Shown here: positions 1 to 13,317 of the stretch, in pieces | Numbering within the stretch: the first letter of the stretch is position 1 | Layout of the letters: every line of letters begins with the position of its first letter | Source: Daphnia carinata | Taxonomy: Eukaryota | NCBI RefSeq assembly: GCF_022539665.2 | Contig: NC_081331.1 | Location: 7,564,001 to 7,628,000 of the forward strand | Length of the DNA stretch: 64,000 bases | Direction of reading: 5' to 3' | The notes under the pieces: generated by a model | What the model saw: only the letters and a program-made list of their open reading frames with translations | Databases searched by the model: none | Told to the model about the DNA's origin: nothing | Made by a program: the position numbers and the translations under genes

Positions 1-700
1 ATCCAGATGTCTCACTTGGAGAGTCGGATATGTTGATTACTTCTACTTCGTTCTGCACCCATTTTTCTTCTTGCACTTGACCAGGGGATGCTGGTGGAGC
101 CAAAAAGGTTTCATCGAGGGGTTCGTTGGGCTGGTAATCTCCGAACGTCGGGGTGGAGCACCTCGGGAAGTGGTCGTCGTAGTCGTACCCCTTCTGATAT
201 CCAGTGTTTACGTAATACTGGGTGGGTACATATTCTCTGATGCGGGAGTCGTCGTCGTCGGTGACGAAATGTCCCGGCGTAACTCCGACGCGCCACGAGG
301 CCCGGTCTTCTTCTGCTCCGTCTAATTTCCTCTTCTTACTGCGGTGCCGCTCGATGTTGTCGTTCAGCGCCGCCGCATGCAGGTTCCGGTCGGTGATGGG
401 AAGCTGATGGTCGACATCTTCGGCTCCTTCGCCATGGTAGCAGATGAAGACGAAACTGGCGCCCGAACAGTTCCGAAAATTTTGAGGGGTACGCCAACCG
501 AGGGTTGTGCGGTGGTAAGAGACGGCTGGTCTGCTGTTTTCGGCGGGTCAGCACCAGGGGCAGGTTTCTTCCGTGTGGCTGTGGCTGCAAACTGGGCGGG
601 TTTCGTAAGCGGTTGCAATAGTTCTTCTTGCTGTTGCGGTTGAAGACACAATGATTCTGCTGATGTCAGGTTGTAGCTTAAATAGCACGGCAGGTAGGAG
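1..700 (-). pseudogene. Extra Pro/Ser/Thr-rich ORF downstream of env in element A, function unknown
   Basis: The frame of ORF 364-930 continues past two stops toward the window start (..ENVPTQYYVNTGYQKGYDYDDHF..). No recognisable domain. Confidence 0.4.
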
Positions 701-1069
701 CAGGGAGGGGATTTTTTTTTTACTTGATCAATGGCGAAAGGGGAATAGATCGTGGGAAAAGGGATAACGATGGTAACCAAGGTCAGCGTTATGGTGGATC
801 GTGGGAACGTAGGGTTGATCGTGGGTAAAAAAAGGAAGCGGTCTATCGTGGGAAAAAGGGGTAAAACAAAATGGCGGAGGGTAAATTGCGGAACATACAA
901 ATGGAAGTTGCGTGAGGGTTGTGGGTTCAAAACTCCCTTTCGACAAAAAATGACATTGCGAATTTTTGTACGAGACGCAGATTTGTGTTATTGTGTGAGG
1001 CTTCTAGTTTTTACTATTGTTACATTTCAGCATGTATTTAAAGGGTAAAGTAGAAAATGTCTACTACCG

Positions 1070-2832
1070 CTAGTGTAGCCGGTGGAGTGTAGCTTTTCCT
1101 ACATTGGGCGTCCTATTTGTCGGCCGGGACGGCTCCGAATGCTCGATATACTGCACTGCGGGTGGGACGTTGATGATATTTATGAGAGCTGAGGGTGTAT
1201 TGTGGACGCTTCCATGGCCCCCGGACTCTAAGTCGGTTTCTCTCTTAGCACTGGTTGCTAACCAGTTGAAGAGATTGCACGTCGGTAGCAAGGTAGACAA
1301 GGGATGAATCTAGAAAGGAGGTATCCCAATCCACAAAATCGGAGGCGAGTGCAATGGTGATGCCTATGCCTGAAATAGATCACAAATTCCGAAGCCAGTT
1401 CCCCACTCTGGCCATGAAGGAGATATGAGGGGCGTCGTAAGCGTTCAGTAGGACGTTACTCACTCGGCGGGTGAGCCTTATGTCGGTGGTGCTGTGTTCG
1501 TGTACTGTTGCTAGGATGTCTTCCATGGCTGCGGCCGGGCTCAACGGATTTTGTTTGACCGCTGGGTGCAGCTGTAGAACTGAACCGAGGGTGTTATCTA
1601 CTTCGTATATCAGGGCGTTGATCAGTTTCGTGCCCCTTACTGCCACAGATGGTACTATAGGGTCCCAGGTTCCATTTTTGTAAGTGTGAGCGCACCCGTT
1701 GAAATTGAAGAAACCGGAGTGCCAATAGCATTCTCTATATTCTGTGAGTTCCCATCCTTCTATACTGATGGTGGAGATTTCTACCTTTGGCTGAGGTCCG
1801 CAGTCCATGATGGTTGTTACAAAGGTTACTTCTCGGGCAGCGCACTGGAGCACGGCAACGTCTTTGCCCGTCGGCTGGAGTTTGGTGCATTTCGGCAGAT
1901 TCAAGTAGCTGGCGGCTAGCGACCCATTATATTGCGCCGTGGCGATGGCGTTTTTATGTGCTGTTTCCCGAATTTGACACTGGAGGGCTCGAATTTCTTC
2001 TGATAGTTCGTTCGACATCTCTACAGCAATATCCCGGATATATTGTGTGTGTGCCGCCGCGTCTATCTCGGCGCGGAGCATTGTCGAGGTGGTCCAGTTT
2101 TTGCTGTTTAATTTTGCTTCGTTTTTTGAATTAATCAAGGTGATCCAAGAGGCTACTACGCGGTCCATTCCTAGCACTGGGCGGTAGTTCGAGTAGTTCG
2201 TTGCTGGTTTGCAAAGTCCAACACTGATATTTTTCACCACGAAGTCTAATTGTTTACTGGAGTCACGAATTCGAAAATTTTTTTGGTCGGATGTTTGATA
2301 CAACCGGGCCACTCTTTCTTCCACTTGTTTTCCTTGGCATTTTTGGTATTCCCTAAGCGAATTGTCCCATACGATTGTCACGAGGTTGTGTATTAACGAA
2401 CCGTTGGCGGAGGCGGGGATGTCGCCTATAGGTGAGCTGATGACACAATCCGACGAATCGCGTTATCTTCGGCATTCGTCAGTAGTGACGTCCAAAGGTG
2501 TGCGGTGTTCTTGCACGTAGTCCCATTGAAAGAAGTTGCGATAGGCCGTTTTGCTCATTTTCCACATAACACACGTATGGCCCAGGAATCTCTGTGTAAC
2601 AGGTAGCGTAGTAGTGTAGCGTAGTGTAGCGCAGGTAGCGAGTACACGTTGTAGTATACTCGAACGGGAGCTGCCGAGCTGATCTTGTGTTTGCAGCCTT
2701 CGTCGTCGAACTGAAGAAATCCCTTGTGGAGGGCGTAGTCACAATCGAAGACCGTGGCGTTGAACGCAAGGTTTCCACTGCACATCGCGGCTAAAACGAG
2801 AATCTGAAAAACACTATAAGATGGAGACACAT
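1070..2832 (-). pseudogene. env: env-like glycoprotein of element A (class III / gB-like), frameshifted
   Basis: Hydrophobic signal (ILVLAAMCSG); FDCD..GFLQF..C; heptad helix QYIRD..NELSEEIRALQC..AQYNGSLAAS..G....QC; several N-x-S/T sites; hydrophobic C-terminal stretch near 1310-1375. Homologous to 20594-21952. Confidence 0.85.
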
Positions 2833-2935
2833 AAGATGTATGGTTCTGGGAGAGTTCGTTGGCCGTTCGCTCCGCATGCTACGAGTATATGCACATTTCT
2901 TATAATTTCCGGGGCGGCCGGATTTTAGTCCAGGG

Positions 2936-5900
2936 TCACAGCCCTTCCCTTCTTTCAGGTCGGGTTACTCTTTTGTCTTCGTAGCGCTCTGGGGAGGTAA
3001 ATCCGAAGAATGGGTTAGAGATGTTTATTTCATCTTCCTCTGTTATTGGCTCTAGCGTGGACGGTTCCCATGAATCGGGGATCAGGTCGTTTAGTCCTAG
3101 GGATTCTTCTTCGATCGGTTCGTCGATCGGTTCTTCGACCGTCCTGTCTTCAGGGTTTAGCCTGAGGTCTTCGAACATGGGGCAGGGGTCTCTCTCCAAA
3201 TCATTGCTTTGAGTAGTGGTTTGATCCGGTTCGTATGGACTAGCTGGGGCGTCGCTCCTGGGGTGGACTGGATTTCTACCATGTGGTTGGAGTTGATTTT
3301 TGTTATCCGGTAGGGTCCTTGGTACCTCGGGTTTAGTTTCCGACTAGTGCCGGGCTTGACTGTTCGGACGTCCAGTAGTACTTTATCTCCTATCTGATAC
3401 TCAAACATCTTCACCCGTTTGTTGTACTGTTTTTTCTGCCGCGTTCTAGCTCTTTCCGGGTTTTCCTTGACGAGATCGAATGCCTTGAAGAGTCGTTTCA
3501 TAGTCTGGCTTTTGTAGTCCTGTGGCGTGACAGGATCGGTAGCGACTGGCTGTAACCACCGATCGATTGGTGACCGGTGATTTAGGAAATAAGGCGTTTC
3601 CTGCGTCGAAGAGTTAACTGAATGCCGATAAGCGAAGGCTACATGCCCTAGCATTTCTTCCCAGTCTTCATATCCTTCCGAGATGTATTTTCTCAGCATT
3701 TCCACAACAGTTTTATTGAACCGTTCCGTTAGTCCATTCGTTTGTGGGTGGTACGCGGTGGTGGTGCAATGTTTGATGCGGAGCGCTTGGCACAGTTGTT
3801 TGAACAGTTCCGATGTAAAATTGGTTCCGCGATCCGAGATGATTACTCTAGGTGGGCCGTGATAGTTCATGACCTTGTCGACCAAAGCTTTGCATGTCGT
3901 TAGCGCGGTCTGATTCGGTAAAGCCACGACTTCTACCCATTTCGTAAAATAATCTGTTATTACCAGTACATGATTGTTTCCTTGCAACGAAGTGGGATTT
4001 ATGGGTCCCAGGGTCTCGAAGGGTGCTTGTGTGGGTTCGGTTGTCGGACCGTCGTTGTCGGGCGCACACCTGACACTTCTGGCAGTATTCTTTGACGTCT
4101 TCGAGCATGCTGGGCCAATAATAGTTGTCACGCAGCCTTTGGCAGGTCCTTCTGTAGGCGAGGTGGCCGGAAAGGGGCGAATCGTGGTATTCTTCTACTA
4201 GAGCTTGCCTGAGTGATGCTGGTAGGCCTCGTCCTGTAGGTAGTATTTGAATCGTTTGACTCCGAAGATTAAGGCGGCTGCTTCCTTCTCCACCGTACAC
4301 TATTTCCTTTCCCTGTCGTTTAGGTGCCTGCTGGCATAGGCGATCGGCTGGTCTCTTCCGTTGATTTCTTGGGAGAGGACGGCCCCCAGTCCGTAGTCGC
4401 TTGCGTCGGTGAAGATGATGAATTCTTTGCTGAAATCCGGGTATGCCAGCACGGGTTTGGTGATTAAACTTTTCCTTAGGGCTTCGAACGCTTTTTCCTC
4501 CTCTGGGCCCCACTTGACTTCGTCTTTTGGCTGTCCTTTTGTTTGTATTAGGAGTGGATTTGCGGTAGTTGAAAATTTCTCGATGAATCGCCGATAGTAT
4601 GAGGCTAACCCTAGGAATGATTGTAACTCTCTTACGGTGCATGGACGCTTGTAGTTGGCGATTGCCTCGATTTTGCTAGGATCGTGAACGACCCCGTCCG
4701 CTGATATGATGTGTCCTAGGTAGTGCACTTCATCTTGCAGAAATTTGCACTATGCCAATTTAAGTTTTAGATTAGCTTTTTCTAATAATCTAAAGATTTC
4801 TTGTAGATGTTTGACATGTTTTTCGATGGTCGTCGAGAAGACTATGATGTCGTCCAGGTAGACCAGACAACTCTTCCCGAGGAAACTAGATAGTACGAAG
4901 TTCATTAATCGTTGGAACGTTCCTGGAGCGTTGGTTAGCTTAAATGCAAGTCTATTCCATTCGTAGAAATTTTTGTCGACGATAAACGTGGTTTTTTTCT
5001 TTTGATTGTTCTTCCATTTCGATTTGCCAATAACCTGACGCGAGGTCGAGGGTGGAGAAAAGTTTTTGTCCTTGCAGCAAGTCCAGGACGTCGTCGCTTT
5101 TCGGTAGCGGGAATGAATCTTTTTTTGTTATCGCTTTCAGCTTCCTGCCGAGTCGATGCATAAACTTTCTTCTCCTGAATTTTTCCGTATCAAAACGATG
5201 GGTGATGCCCATGGTGAAACAGAGGGTTTGATGACGTCGTTTTTGAGTAACTCCTGGATGATTTTTTCCGCGACTTCTTTTTGTCGTGGAGAGTTTCGAT
5301 AGGGCCTTGAGCGGTTGGGTCCTTTGCCTTGCGTGTCGATCGTGTGCTTGACTAGCCCTGTTTTCCCGAGGTCTTCTGTTTCGAAAGCGAATAGATGGAT
5401 ATGATTCGTAAGGAGTTCTTGCAATGCTTGCTTTTCTCGGTCTGGGATGGCTGCTGGGGCTTCTTTGAAGATGGTGGAGTTGGCGGCGGTGTTTTGGTAG
5501 GAGCAGGAGGCGATGGTGTGTTGTGCCTTTTCTTCGGCAAAAACTAATTTTCCTAGTACTTGAAACGCGGGTATTGTGATTTGCTTGTTGGTCTCGTTGA
5601 TGACGACTATGCGGAATAATCCATTTCCCTGTTTCCTCGAAACAAACGGGTCGAGTCGGATTCCCTTCGGGAGTTCCGGCGCAGATATAAATGAGCAGGC
5701 GAAATTTGGGGGTAGCTTTCCGCCCCCCCGTTCGCTCTCCACCACTTGTGCAGTGTATGGAGAGATGGTGATTTTTTGCGGAGTAATCATAACAGGTTCG
5801 TGAGGTGATTGATCGGGTCTTCTCATCCGATGGATCGTCCGCTCACGGCCGTCGAACATAAACTTGTGGCCGTAGAGTGCGTCTAAACCTAGTACGCAGT

Positions 5901-6160
5901 CCTCGGTGATGTCATCTACTACGATTACCGATTGGGTTAAGAGATCGGGACATTCTTCGTCCACTAGTTGGAATGTAAGGGTGACTGTGCCCCGAGTTTT
6001 TAAGCGCCTGTTATTTATATCGTATAGCTCTACTGCAACCTCTGGAGAGAAATTTACGACGTTTCCACAAAGTTCTGAATATAATTTGTTACTTAGCTGG
6101 CTTTTTCCTGCACCACTGTCGAAAAGAGCTTCAAAGATCACTTCGGCCTGCTTTTAAGGT
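2936..6160 (-). pseudogene. pol: pol of element A (PR, RT, RNase H, integrase, acidic tail)
   Basis: PR LFDSGA; RT SPWASPIVL, LDLASGYWQI and LVYLDDII (~4845-4865); RH FTDASDYGLGAVL; IN YHDSPLSGH..CQKC, DYFTKW, SDRGTNF, PQTNGLTERFN, GPY. Confidence 0.95.
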
Positions 6161-6263
6161 GATTCTGGGGGGTCCGACTTTATTCTGCACACTTTTTACG
6201 TACTGGCGGGGCTTAGGAGCGTTTCCACCGGTTGGCCCGTCACGTCTATCTGTGGTTACTCGT

Positions 6264-8513
6264 TTAACTTCCCGTTGAAGGGATTACTTGCCGGCGGATT
6301 GCCCGGCGGTCGTGGTGGGTACTGCGGTGTCTATTGCTGCGGTTGTCTTGGTGGCTGCTGGTGATATCCCTTTGCTGCTGGTTACTCGCAGTCGGATGTT
6401 GCTGTACCGGTGGGGGCTGGGTTGGGTTGAGTGCGGCAGGTGTTGCTGGTGTGTCCCCTGCGTCCGCAATTGTCGCATGCAAGCCTCATTTGGTACTGTC
6501 ATGCTGCACAGTCTTTGGTGTCGTGACCGTACATGTTGTGGTAGGCGCAATATTTATCCGAGGTCTTGGGGTTACATGGTTCCTTTCTTTCGGGGTATCT
6601 TCGTCCTTCCTGGTTTTTTGCGAGTTCCGAACTTATTGCTTCTCTATCGAGGGATGCGATGTCGTCCTTCTTTACTGTTGGAGGTGGTACATCGAAGTTC
6701 CCCGGATGGCCCCTGCGTTAGCGAGTTCCAGCGCTAGGTCGTGACGTTCCGCTGTTTCAATCATCTGGTCGAAGGAGGAGAAGTCCAGACAAAATAGTCG
6801 GTCGTGTAGTTGAGGCGCCAGTTCGTTCATGAATTTGTCCCTGCTTAACTGTTCGATGACTTCCTGGCTTACATTGGGATAGCCACCTCTCGCTAGTTTT
6901 TGGATTCGGTGTGCGAAATTTCTTATTGATTCCGCAGGCTCTCTTTTGCAGCTGTTGAACGACGTTCTGTATTTGTGTCCCATGTTTTTTCCCATGAATC
7001 TTTCTTTTAGGGCTCGCTTGACGGTCTCGTAGCAGGTGGCTTCGACTGGGTGGTCCAGTTGGAATTGTTCCATAAAGTCGTCCGCAGGCCCTACCAGCTT
7101 AGACCGTAGATATTTAATCTTTTTGGATTCGATCGAAATCGCCGATATCCATCGTGTTTTCAAAATGTCTGATCCGAGAATTGAGGTCCACATTATCTCC
7201 TGGCTTGGAGAATACACTAATTTGTGATAGCAGCCGCGTCGCTTGGATGTTGAGGTCGCTGATGTTTGACTGGCGTTGCCCGCATACTTGTTGCGACTGG
7301 TACGCGCCAGTGGTCATATAACTTGGTTGAGGGATTGTCCTTGTTAACATGGCGGGATAATCTTGCTGTGGGGGCGCGGTAGAGTTATTTGTCTGTCGTT
7401 GCCACGTAGCAGGGTTCGGTGTGGACGTATATTGTGGTGCGAGTGGGGATTGACTGGTATTACCCCTTAGGGTCGCCACAAAGCTTGCTGCTGCGTCTGT
7501 TGTCCAGTTGTTCCTGGTTAGGGCTCGGAATACTGTGACTAGGTCGTCGTCTGAATCGTTTGTGCTACTACACCTTTCGGGGCGACGGTTTGATTCCATT
7601 GTGTTTGTAGCGTCGTGTCGTGTAGTTGTTATAAGTTGAGGGGTGAATGATACTCTCTTTTGGGATTGGTGGTTGAGGGTACTCCGCGTTCGGCCTTGGC
7701 GTGTCTTTGTTCAAAGCTTCCGTATTTGAGATTTCTTCCTCCGTGGTTTTCTTGTTAGGTTTGTTAATGGCTCCCGTATCTCGTTCTTGGTTTGGCACAA
7801 ACGGGTTTCCTGTTGCTCTGATGGGATGTGGCGCAAAGGCTGAGTGTGGTCTGTCTGAATTAAAGCTGGCTAACTCTGGATTTGGTCGAGGGGTGGGATC
7901 GATTGGTGGTGGTTGGGTTGTTGCGTTGGCCGGTGAAAGCCCTGGGTAGATGCTTTCCAGTAGAGGTGTGAGAAGTGTTCGCAGATCAAAAAATTGAAGA
8001 GCTTCCTTGGCGTGTAAAATTTTTTCCGTGTGACCTTATGAGCGCTCGATATAACTGTTGAGTCTTTTCGTACGGAAGTTCAGGTTGGCTATTCAAAGCT
8101 TTAAGGAATTGTAGTTCTAGTAAAATTTCTTCTTCTGGGACGTCTTCAAGCCGTAGATCGGCATATTGTTTATGGAAACCTGGCGTTCCGGTTAGGTCCA
8201 ATTTCGTTACTGAGAAGGTTTCTTGAAAAAATAATTCTGTGACGTCGTTTTTTGTTTCTTGCTGTTTGCGATCGTTTACTACTATGGATTGGGCTTTTCT
8301 TAGGACCTCCAAAGGGGGTGTTTCAAGTTCGTCGACCTCTAGGTGAGTGGTTTTTTTTCTCTCTAATGTTGTTCCACTGGCTAGAGTGTTTTGTGCTTGG
8401 ATTGGGGAATAAATGATTTCACTTTTCTGCCCTTGGGCTTTCGGATTTCTTTTGGATGCTAGTCCAGTCACTATTTTTCCGGCACTTCGAAATACTTTAG
8501 TTAAATTATCCAT
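6264..8513 (-). pseudogene. gag: gag of element A with long N-terminal extension (frameshifted)
   Basis: ORF pieces 8513-7986, 7798-7568, 7599-7114 and 7217-6672 (capsid-like KREPAESIRNFAHRIQKLARGGYP), then a Cys/His-containing region near 6450-6550. Confidence 0.8.
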
Positions 8514-8660
8514 CTACTTTTTAAATTGGCTATTTTGGCGGCGTTTGTTTGTTCTTAAAAAAAATGATGCCCAAAAAACTCAATAAATGGCGTTGAAGTG
8601 TGTCAACAAAAATGGGGGAAGTAGAAAAAAAAATGTCTACTTACGAGGCTTGGTATTCGA

Positions 8661-8675
8661 AATTCACTGTCACCA
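8661..8675 (-). promoter_or_regulatory. Primer-binding site of element A (tRNA-Leu-like)
   Basis: TGGTGACAGTG begins 1 nt after the LTR end and resembles the PBS of element B (TGGTGGCAGCGG). Confidence 0.65.
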
Positions 8676-8676
8676 A

Positions 8677-9060
8677 TGTAAAGCTTGGCCACAACGGTGG
8701 AGAACAAGCTAAACAAAATAAAGATAGTTAGGAATGTTTTAACTTACAGTGGGTGCATGTCGAGAGCGGCGGCTGGTGGCGAAAAAACACAACACAGTTG
8801 TAAGTGAAAATAAAGTTTTTATTTAACACTAGTTACACTCCGACTCACAGAAACTGACTGATTTACAGATTTTCAGGGGGAACATTTTATAGGTAAGTAG
8901 AAGGTTGAATTGGTTAGCACTTCGGGAAGGATAGGGAATTTTGCCGTGTAAATTTAACACAGAGGTGCGAAAAGGGGCATGGCCGGTTATTGGAGGTTAA
9001 AGCCCTCCGTGGGAACCAAGGTTGGTGTGGGGAAACGTTGCCGGCGGGTCGTCCCTTACA
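8677..9060 (-). repeat. 5' LTR of element A (~384 bp)
   Basis: Ends TGTAAAG...CCTTACA. On the minus strand a TATA box (CCTATAAAA, ~8885-8892) precedes AATAAA (~8818-8823). A TGG-starting PBS follows immediately. Confidence 0.8.
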
Positions 9061-9933
9061 CTATTCAAGAAATACCTGATAATAGAATTAAGAATAAGAA
9101 TAAGAAAGTTTCCGAACGGAACCACTTTTGATCGATTTACAAACACAACAGATTTGCCCGGGTCACACGAAATTTGTGTTGCCCGCATTAAAAAAAATCG
9201 CCTGGTACGAAGGGCGATTGGAGGCATACAATGGATGAACCACCAAAAAACTAACTAAATACAGAAGAAGTATCCAGGAATTTAACTATGGTTATCTTTT
9301 CTTTGTTCGACGGAGAGTTAAAATAAAGATCTCAAAAAGAAATTCCTTTTTAAGCTTATCGAGAGAATGCTTTTTATCTTAGTGCTTTCATAAATTATTT
9401 TGACTTAACTAAACTAACTTCGTTCTAAACGTCTCCGGTTTTTGTGTTTTCACGGACAGTTTAATTGTTATCTGCAATAACTATTCAAAACGCTATTTGT
9501 GCCTCGCCGACGTGTTAAAGAGTTGTATCACGTGTTACTTTGGTCTCGTTTCCCTTCCGCTTTCTCCGCTAGTGCTACCACGGTAAGATCGAATTACATT
9601 TGAATTGAGTCACAATGATAGGTGGTATTACTACTGACGGGCTTAAGATTTTTCGTACGTTTTCGTCTCTATAAGCACTCCAGTCATTCCCGTAATCGCT
9701 CATTGCACAAACGGAAGAAAAAACACAGTAACAAAATCAATTAATTTCGGGAAACGGTCAGCTTCAAACTCGCCTGTACCAAATAAACTTCAGGGGTGTG
9801 AGGCGTCAGCGAAAACTACCGAAGCGGTAAAATTATCTGCCTACCGTTTTGAATCCTAAATTGCAGACAGATAAAACTCAGTTACGGAAATAAAAATTAA
9901 ATGTTGCGTATGAAGAAGTACCTCGTATCACCG

Positions 9934-10130
9934 CACCTTCAATTTGTGCATCCCGTTTTTCAACCGAAAATGTACCTGTTAATAGCGTGTCCAAAGCTAG
10001 TTTTCTCCCGAATGGTTTTGAATTTTTTTCACCTTCAATTTGTGCATCCCTTTTTCAACCGAAAATGTAAGAACCTGTTAATAGCGTGTCCAAAGCTAGT
10101 TTTCTCCCGAATGGTTTTGAATTTTTTTCA
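9934..10130 (+). repeat. Tandem duplication, ~95-bp unit x2
   Basis: caccttcaatttgtgcatccc...gaatttttt occurs twice in a row. Confidence 0.9.
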
Positions 10131-11139
10131 AGAGCAAATCTAATGGCAATCAGCTCAAATTGGTTCTCATCACATATCATCCTCATCAACCACTACTCTC
10201 AACTCAAAAGTGCTACAGACAATTAACTTCACCTAATTCAACAAGCAAAACAATGGCAGACAAGAACAATTCCCGTTCCTGATTGTAACGAACCGTGTTA
10301 GCCACCCTCTTTCTAAAATTTCGTTTCCCTGTTTTAAGTCGTAGTCCGTAGTCCTGTTTTCGTCTAAACCATATTTTCTCCGAAATTTACAAATAATGAA
10401 AACAGGCATTATGGCTTCGTACGTTTTTCAATAATACCTTTCCGTAAATAAAAATTTCTATAAAAAATTTAGAGGCCCATAAATATAAAAACACACAAGA
10501 ATAAATGTATAAAAACGGTGAACCAAGCAAAATAAATATAAGGAATAAAGTCAATGGCGACCAGTAGTTGGTGACATGGATGTTCCATATTTTCAGTTCC
10601 TCAACCAAAATATAGAAGGAGCTAGATTTATATAAAATAAAAGAATCAAACTTTTCTTGTCCTTCAGCTTCCAAATTCCACGTTTTAACCCCAATGCCAC
10701 GCCCTATCTGCACAAGGTCTCTCTTTCGTATACATGTCAAATGCCGAATTTTTCTCCAACGTACACATACACTGCTTTTTCCTTTTCGTTTCGTTTCTTT
10801 TCGTAGTACACCAGCCAGATAAAACAAGAAAATATCTTCGGCGCTATTTTTCCTAACCCAAAATAACACGCTCTACTCCCAACCTCGCCATCGTCCACAT
10901 TTGTAGCCTACCCCCCACTCCTTTATCTCACACCAAGCGCGTTTGCTCCAACTCACCCGCTCGCATTTAACATTCCTTCCCGTCGTTTACATACCCACCA
11001 GAAGAATTGGATCACCCCCATCCAATTATCCCGTTTTAACACGCGTAGGATAGGCCATACGGTGTCGCACGCCGGAATTTTTTTCGTATAGAAACATTGC
11101 ACGCAAAATTATCGGGTTTGTTGCATTACAAAGATAAAG

Positions 11140-12870
11140 GAATGCTCTTTATCTTTCTAATTTGTTTTTTAAAATCCGTTAAGGATTCTATGAAATAAAG
11201 GGTAGACATGAAATATTTGATCACCCCTAAAGCAGCCGCATGGATAATTGGGTAATCTTCAATTCTCTGTCGCTAATTGTCAACCAAAAAAGTACCGATA
11301 ATAATGCTGTCAAGATGAAATATGCAATAAGATGTAACGAGCGCGCAGCAAAAAAATTCCCGAGGTATATTTGCGCTAAATTCAAATGTATGACACATTA
11401 TCATAAAATTTTTTGTGATAGTGCCGAACAAATTTCCATCGATACTACACCAGCTGAGTGCAACGAAATGACCAACAATGAAAGATTCAATAAAAAATGA
11501 ATGCTCATTTCAGAAAATAAACATGTATTCGGCAATAAACCCGAAATATTTTGATTTTGTCTACAAACAATTTATTAAAGAATTATTAATTGCGTCTTTG
11601 AAAAAAATTCTACTTGATCAACAAATGTAAGACGTAGATTTTTCAACCCCTGTAGGCACTGCTTTTGCTACATCAGGTAACTTCAATCAAATAATCACTT
11701 TTTGACACGACACAGATTTGGGACAAGACCTATACTCAGAAACCTAACCAAACCACCGGCATATGGAATTTGGAATCGGCACTTTAATAAAGCAAACGAT
11801 GAAATATTTTTCAGACTTCAGGAGGATACAAGCAACTTGACATTTATTTCCTCTGCCGTCTTGTATTTACAAACAACAAATTGCTTGAACAAACCCAAAG
11901 CATATATATCGTCGGCCAATCAAAATTGTCCATTTCAACGACGGTCATGATGGAAAATTCAACGGCAATAACACTGGAAACCCCCACGCCACCTAAAGCT
12001 GAAAATTGAATCATGCCTGCTACTATACAATATATTCAAAATCAACTTACTGACCATGAAAATGAACTGACACGACAAATCCAAATATTACGATGTGATT
12101 CTCGCAAGGCAAGAGACGAAAGGGCAATCACGACTACTCAATATAAAAAGATGGTTTGCAGCTTTTCACAACTAAATTTGCCCCATTACAGGCTTTCAGG
12201 AAAACGGCTATTCGTAACCAATTAAAGCCTTAAATATCACAATTGAAACCATAATAGCATTTTGTGAATCAAACCAAAATTTCAGAATTAGACGATTAAC
12301 CTCGATGAATGGGAACTCGTAAAATATTATATTGCTATTCGGCAAATAAAAAATGACAATTAACAAAATGTTAATTTCAACAACAAATCTTATGCATTCA
12401 GTAACAAAACCTAGACACACATTGAAGCCAACATTGTGTTTGACCAGTGGAGACTCGCACATGGTTTCTGCTATAAAAAACGTCAAATTTTTCGACTGGG
12501 AACGTCAACTTAATCCGGCATGAAACATGCTTAATCATATGAATATTATGGCCATTATAGCCGCCGCGATAAATAAACTGCCGCCTGCAGAATTTGCATT
12601 ACACCAAAAACCCCAAGCACGACTAACATTTTATTTACAACTGCAGGTGTAGAAACCCATATCTTCTGGTGGAAGACTAAAAAGATTATTTCTTCATTGG
12701 CATACTATGTCTTTTGGGCCTACTCTTCTTACGCTTCTGTTACAGTAGCGGGTTCTTTACAATCACCTGGATCGTATGCTGTCACCCTACTGGCGATTCA
12801 ACACCAACAGCTTCCAAAACTATTACAATGCATCCCATTTGATTATGGGGTATAATCTTACGCCACCAGG
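11140..12870 (+). pseudogene. env: Decayed class III-like env of element C
   Basis: KFPRYICAKFK, ISIDTTPAEC and PATIQYIQNQLTDHENELTRQIQILRCDSRKARDERAITT are colinear with env B. Many stops and frameshifts. Confidence 0.88.
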
Positions 12871-13134
12871 AAGGATGTAACGAAGCCAAATCTATATCTT
12901 CAAAATATACTATTTCTTTATATTTTTATTAATTTTCAAGTAGTATATTCGTCTTAGTTGCAATATAATTAGCGCAACACGCTTGACTTCGATGAATATC
13001 TGCTATCTGACTCACGCGTGCGATGTACTTATACGCGATACACCACATCACGCCACTTTGCCAAAATGCTAAGTTTCGTGGTGAACCCAAAATCTGAGCA
13101 AGTCCAGTCAAGGAATTTTTGGAGATTGCAGTAG

Positions 13135-13317
13135 TTGTCTCCAAGTCACTCCAATTGCCTTTGTATTGATGATTAGGATAGTGTTGAAAACAATACTTTT
13201 AATCATAGTGCTTCCGTAAATTAGCTTGTCTCCAAGTCACTCCAATTGCCTTTGTATTGATGATTAGGATAGTGTTGAAAAACCATACTTTTAATCTTAG
13301 TGCTTTCGTAAATTAGC
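13135..13317 (+). repeat. Tandem duplication, ~91-bp unit x2, inside the LTR of element C
   Basis: ttgtctccaagtcactcc...gtaaattagc starts at 13135 and again at 13226. Confidence 0.9.

Larger units (their letters stand above)
1..9060 (-). mobile_element. Env-bearing Ty3/Gypsy LTR retrotransposon A (decayed; 3' LTR outside the window)
   Basis: Minus-strand order LTR-PBS-gag-PR-RT-RNaseH-IN-env-extra ORF. PR-RT-RH-IN is the Gypsy-type order. Many frameshifts and stops. Confidence 0.93.
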
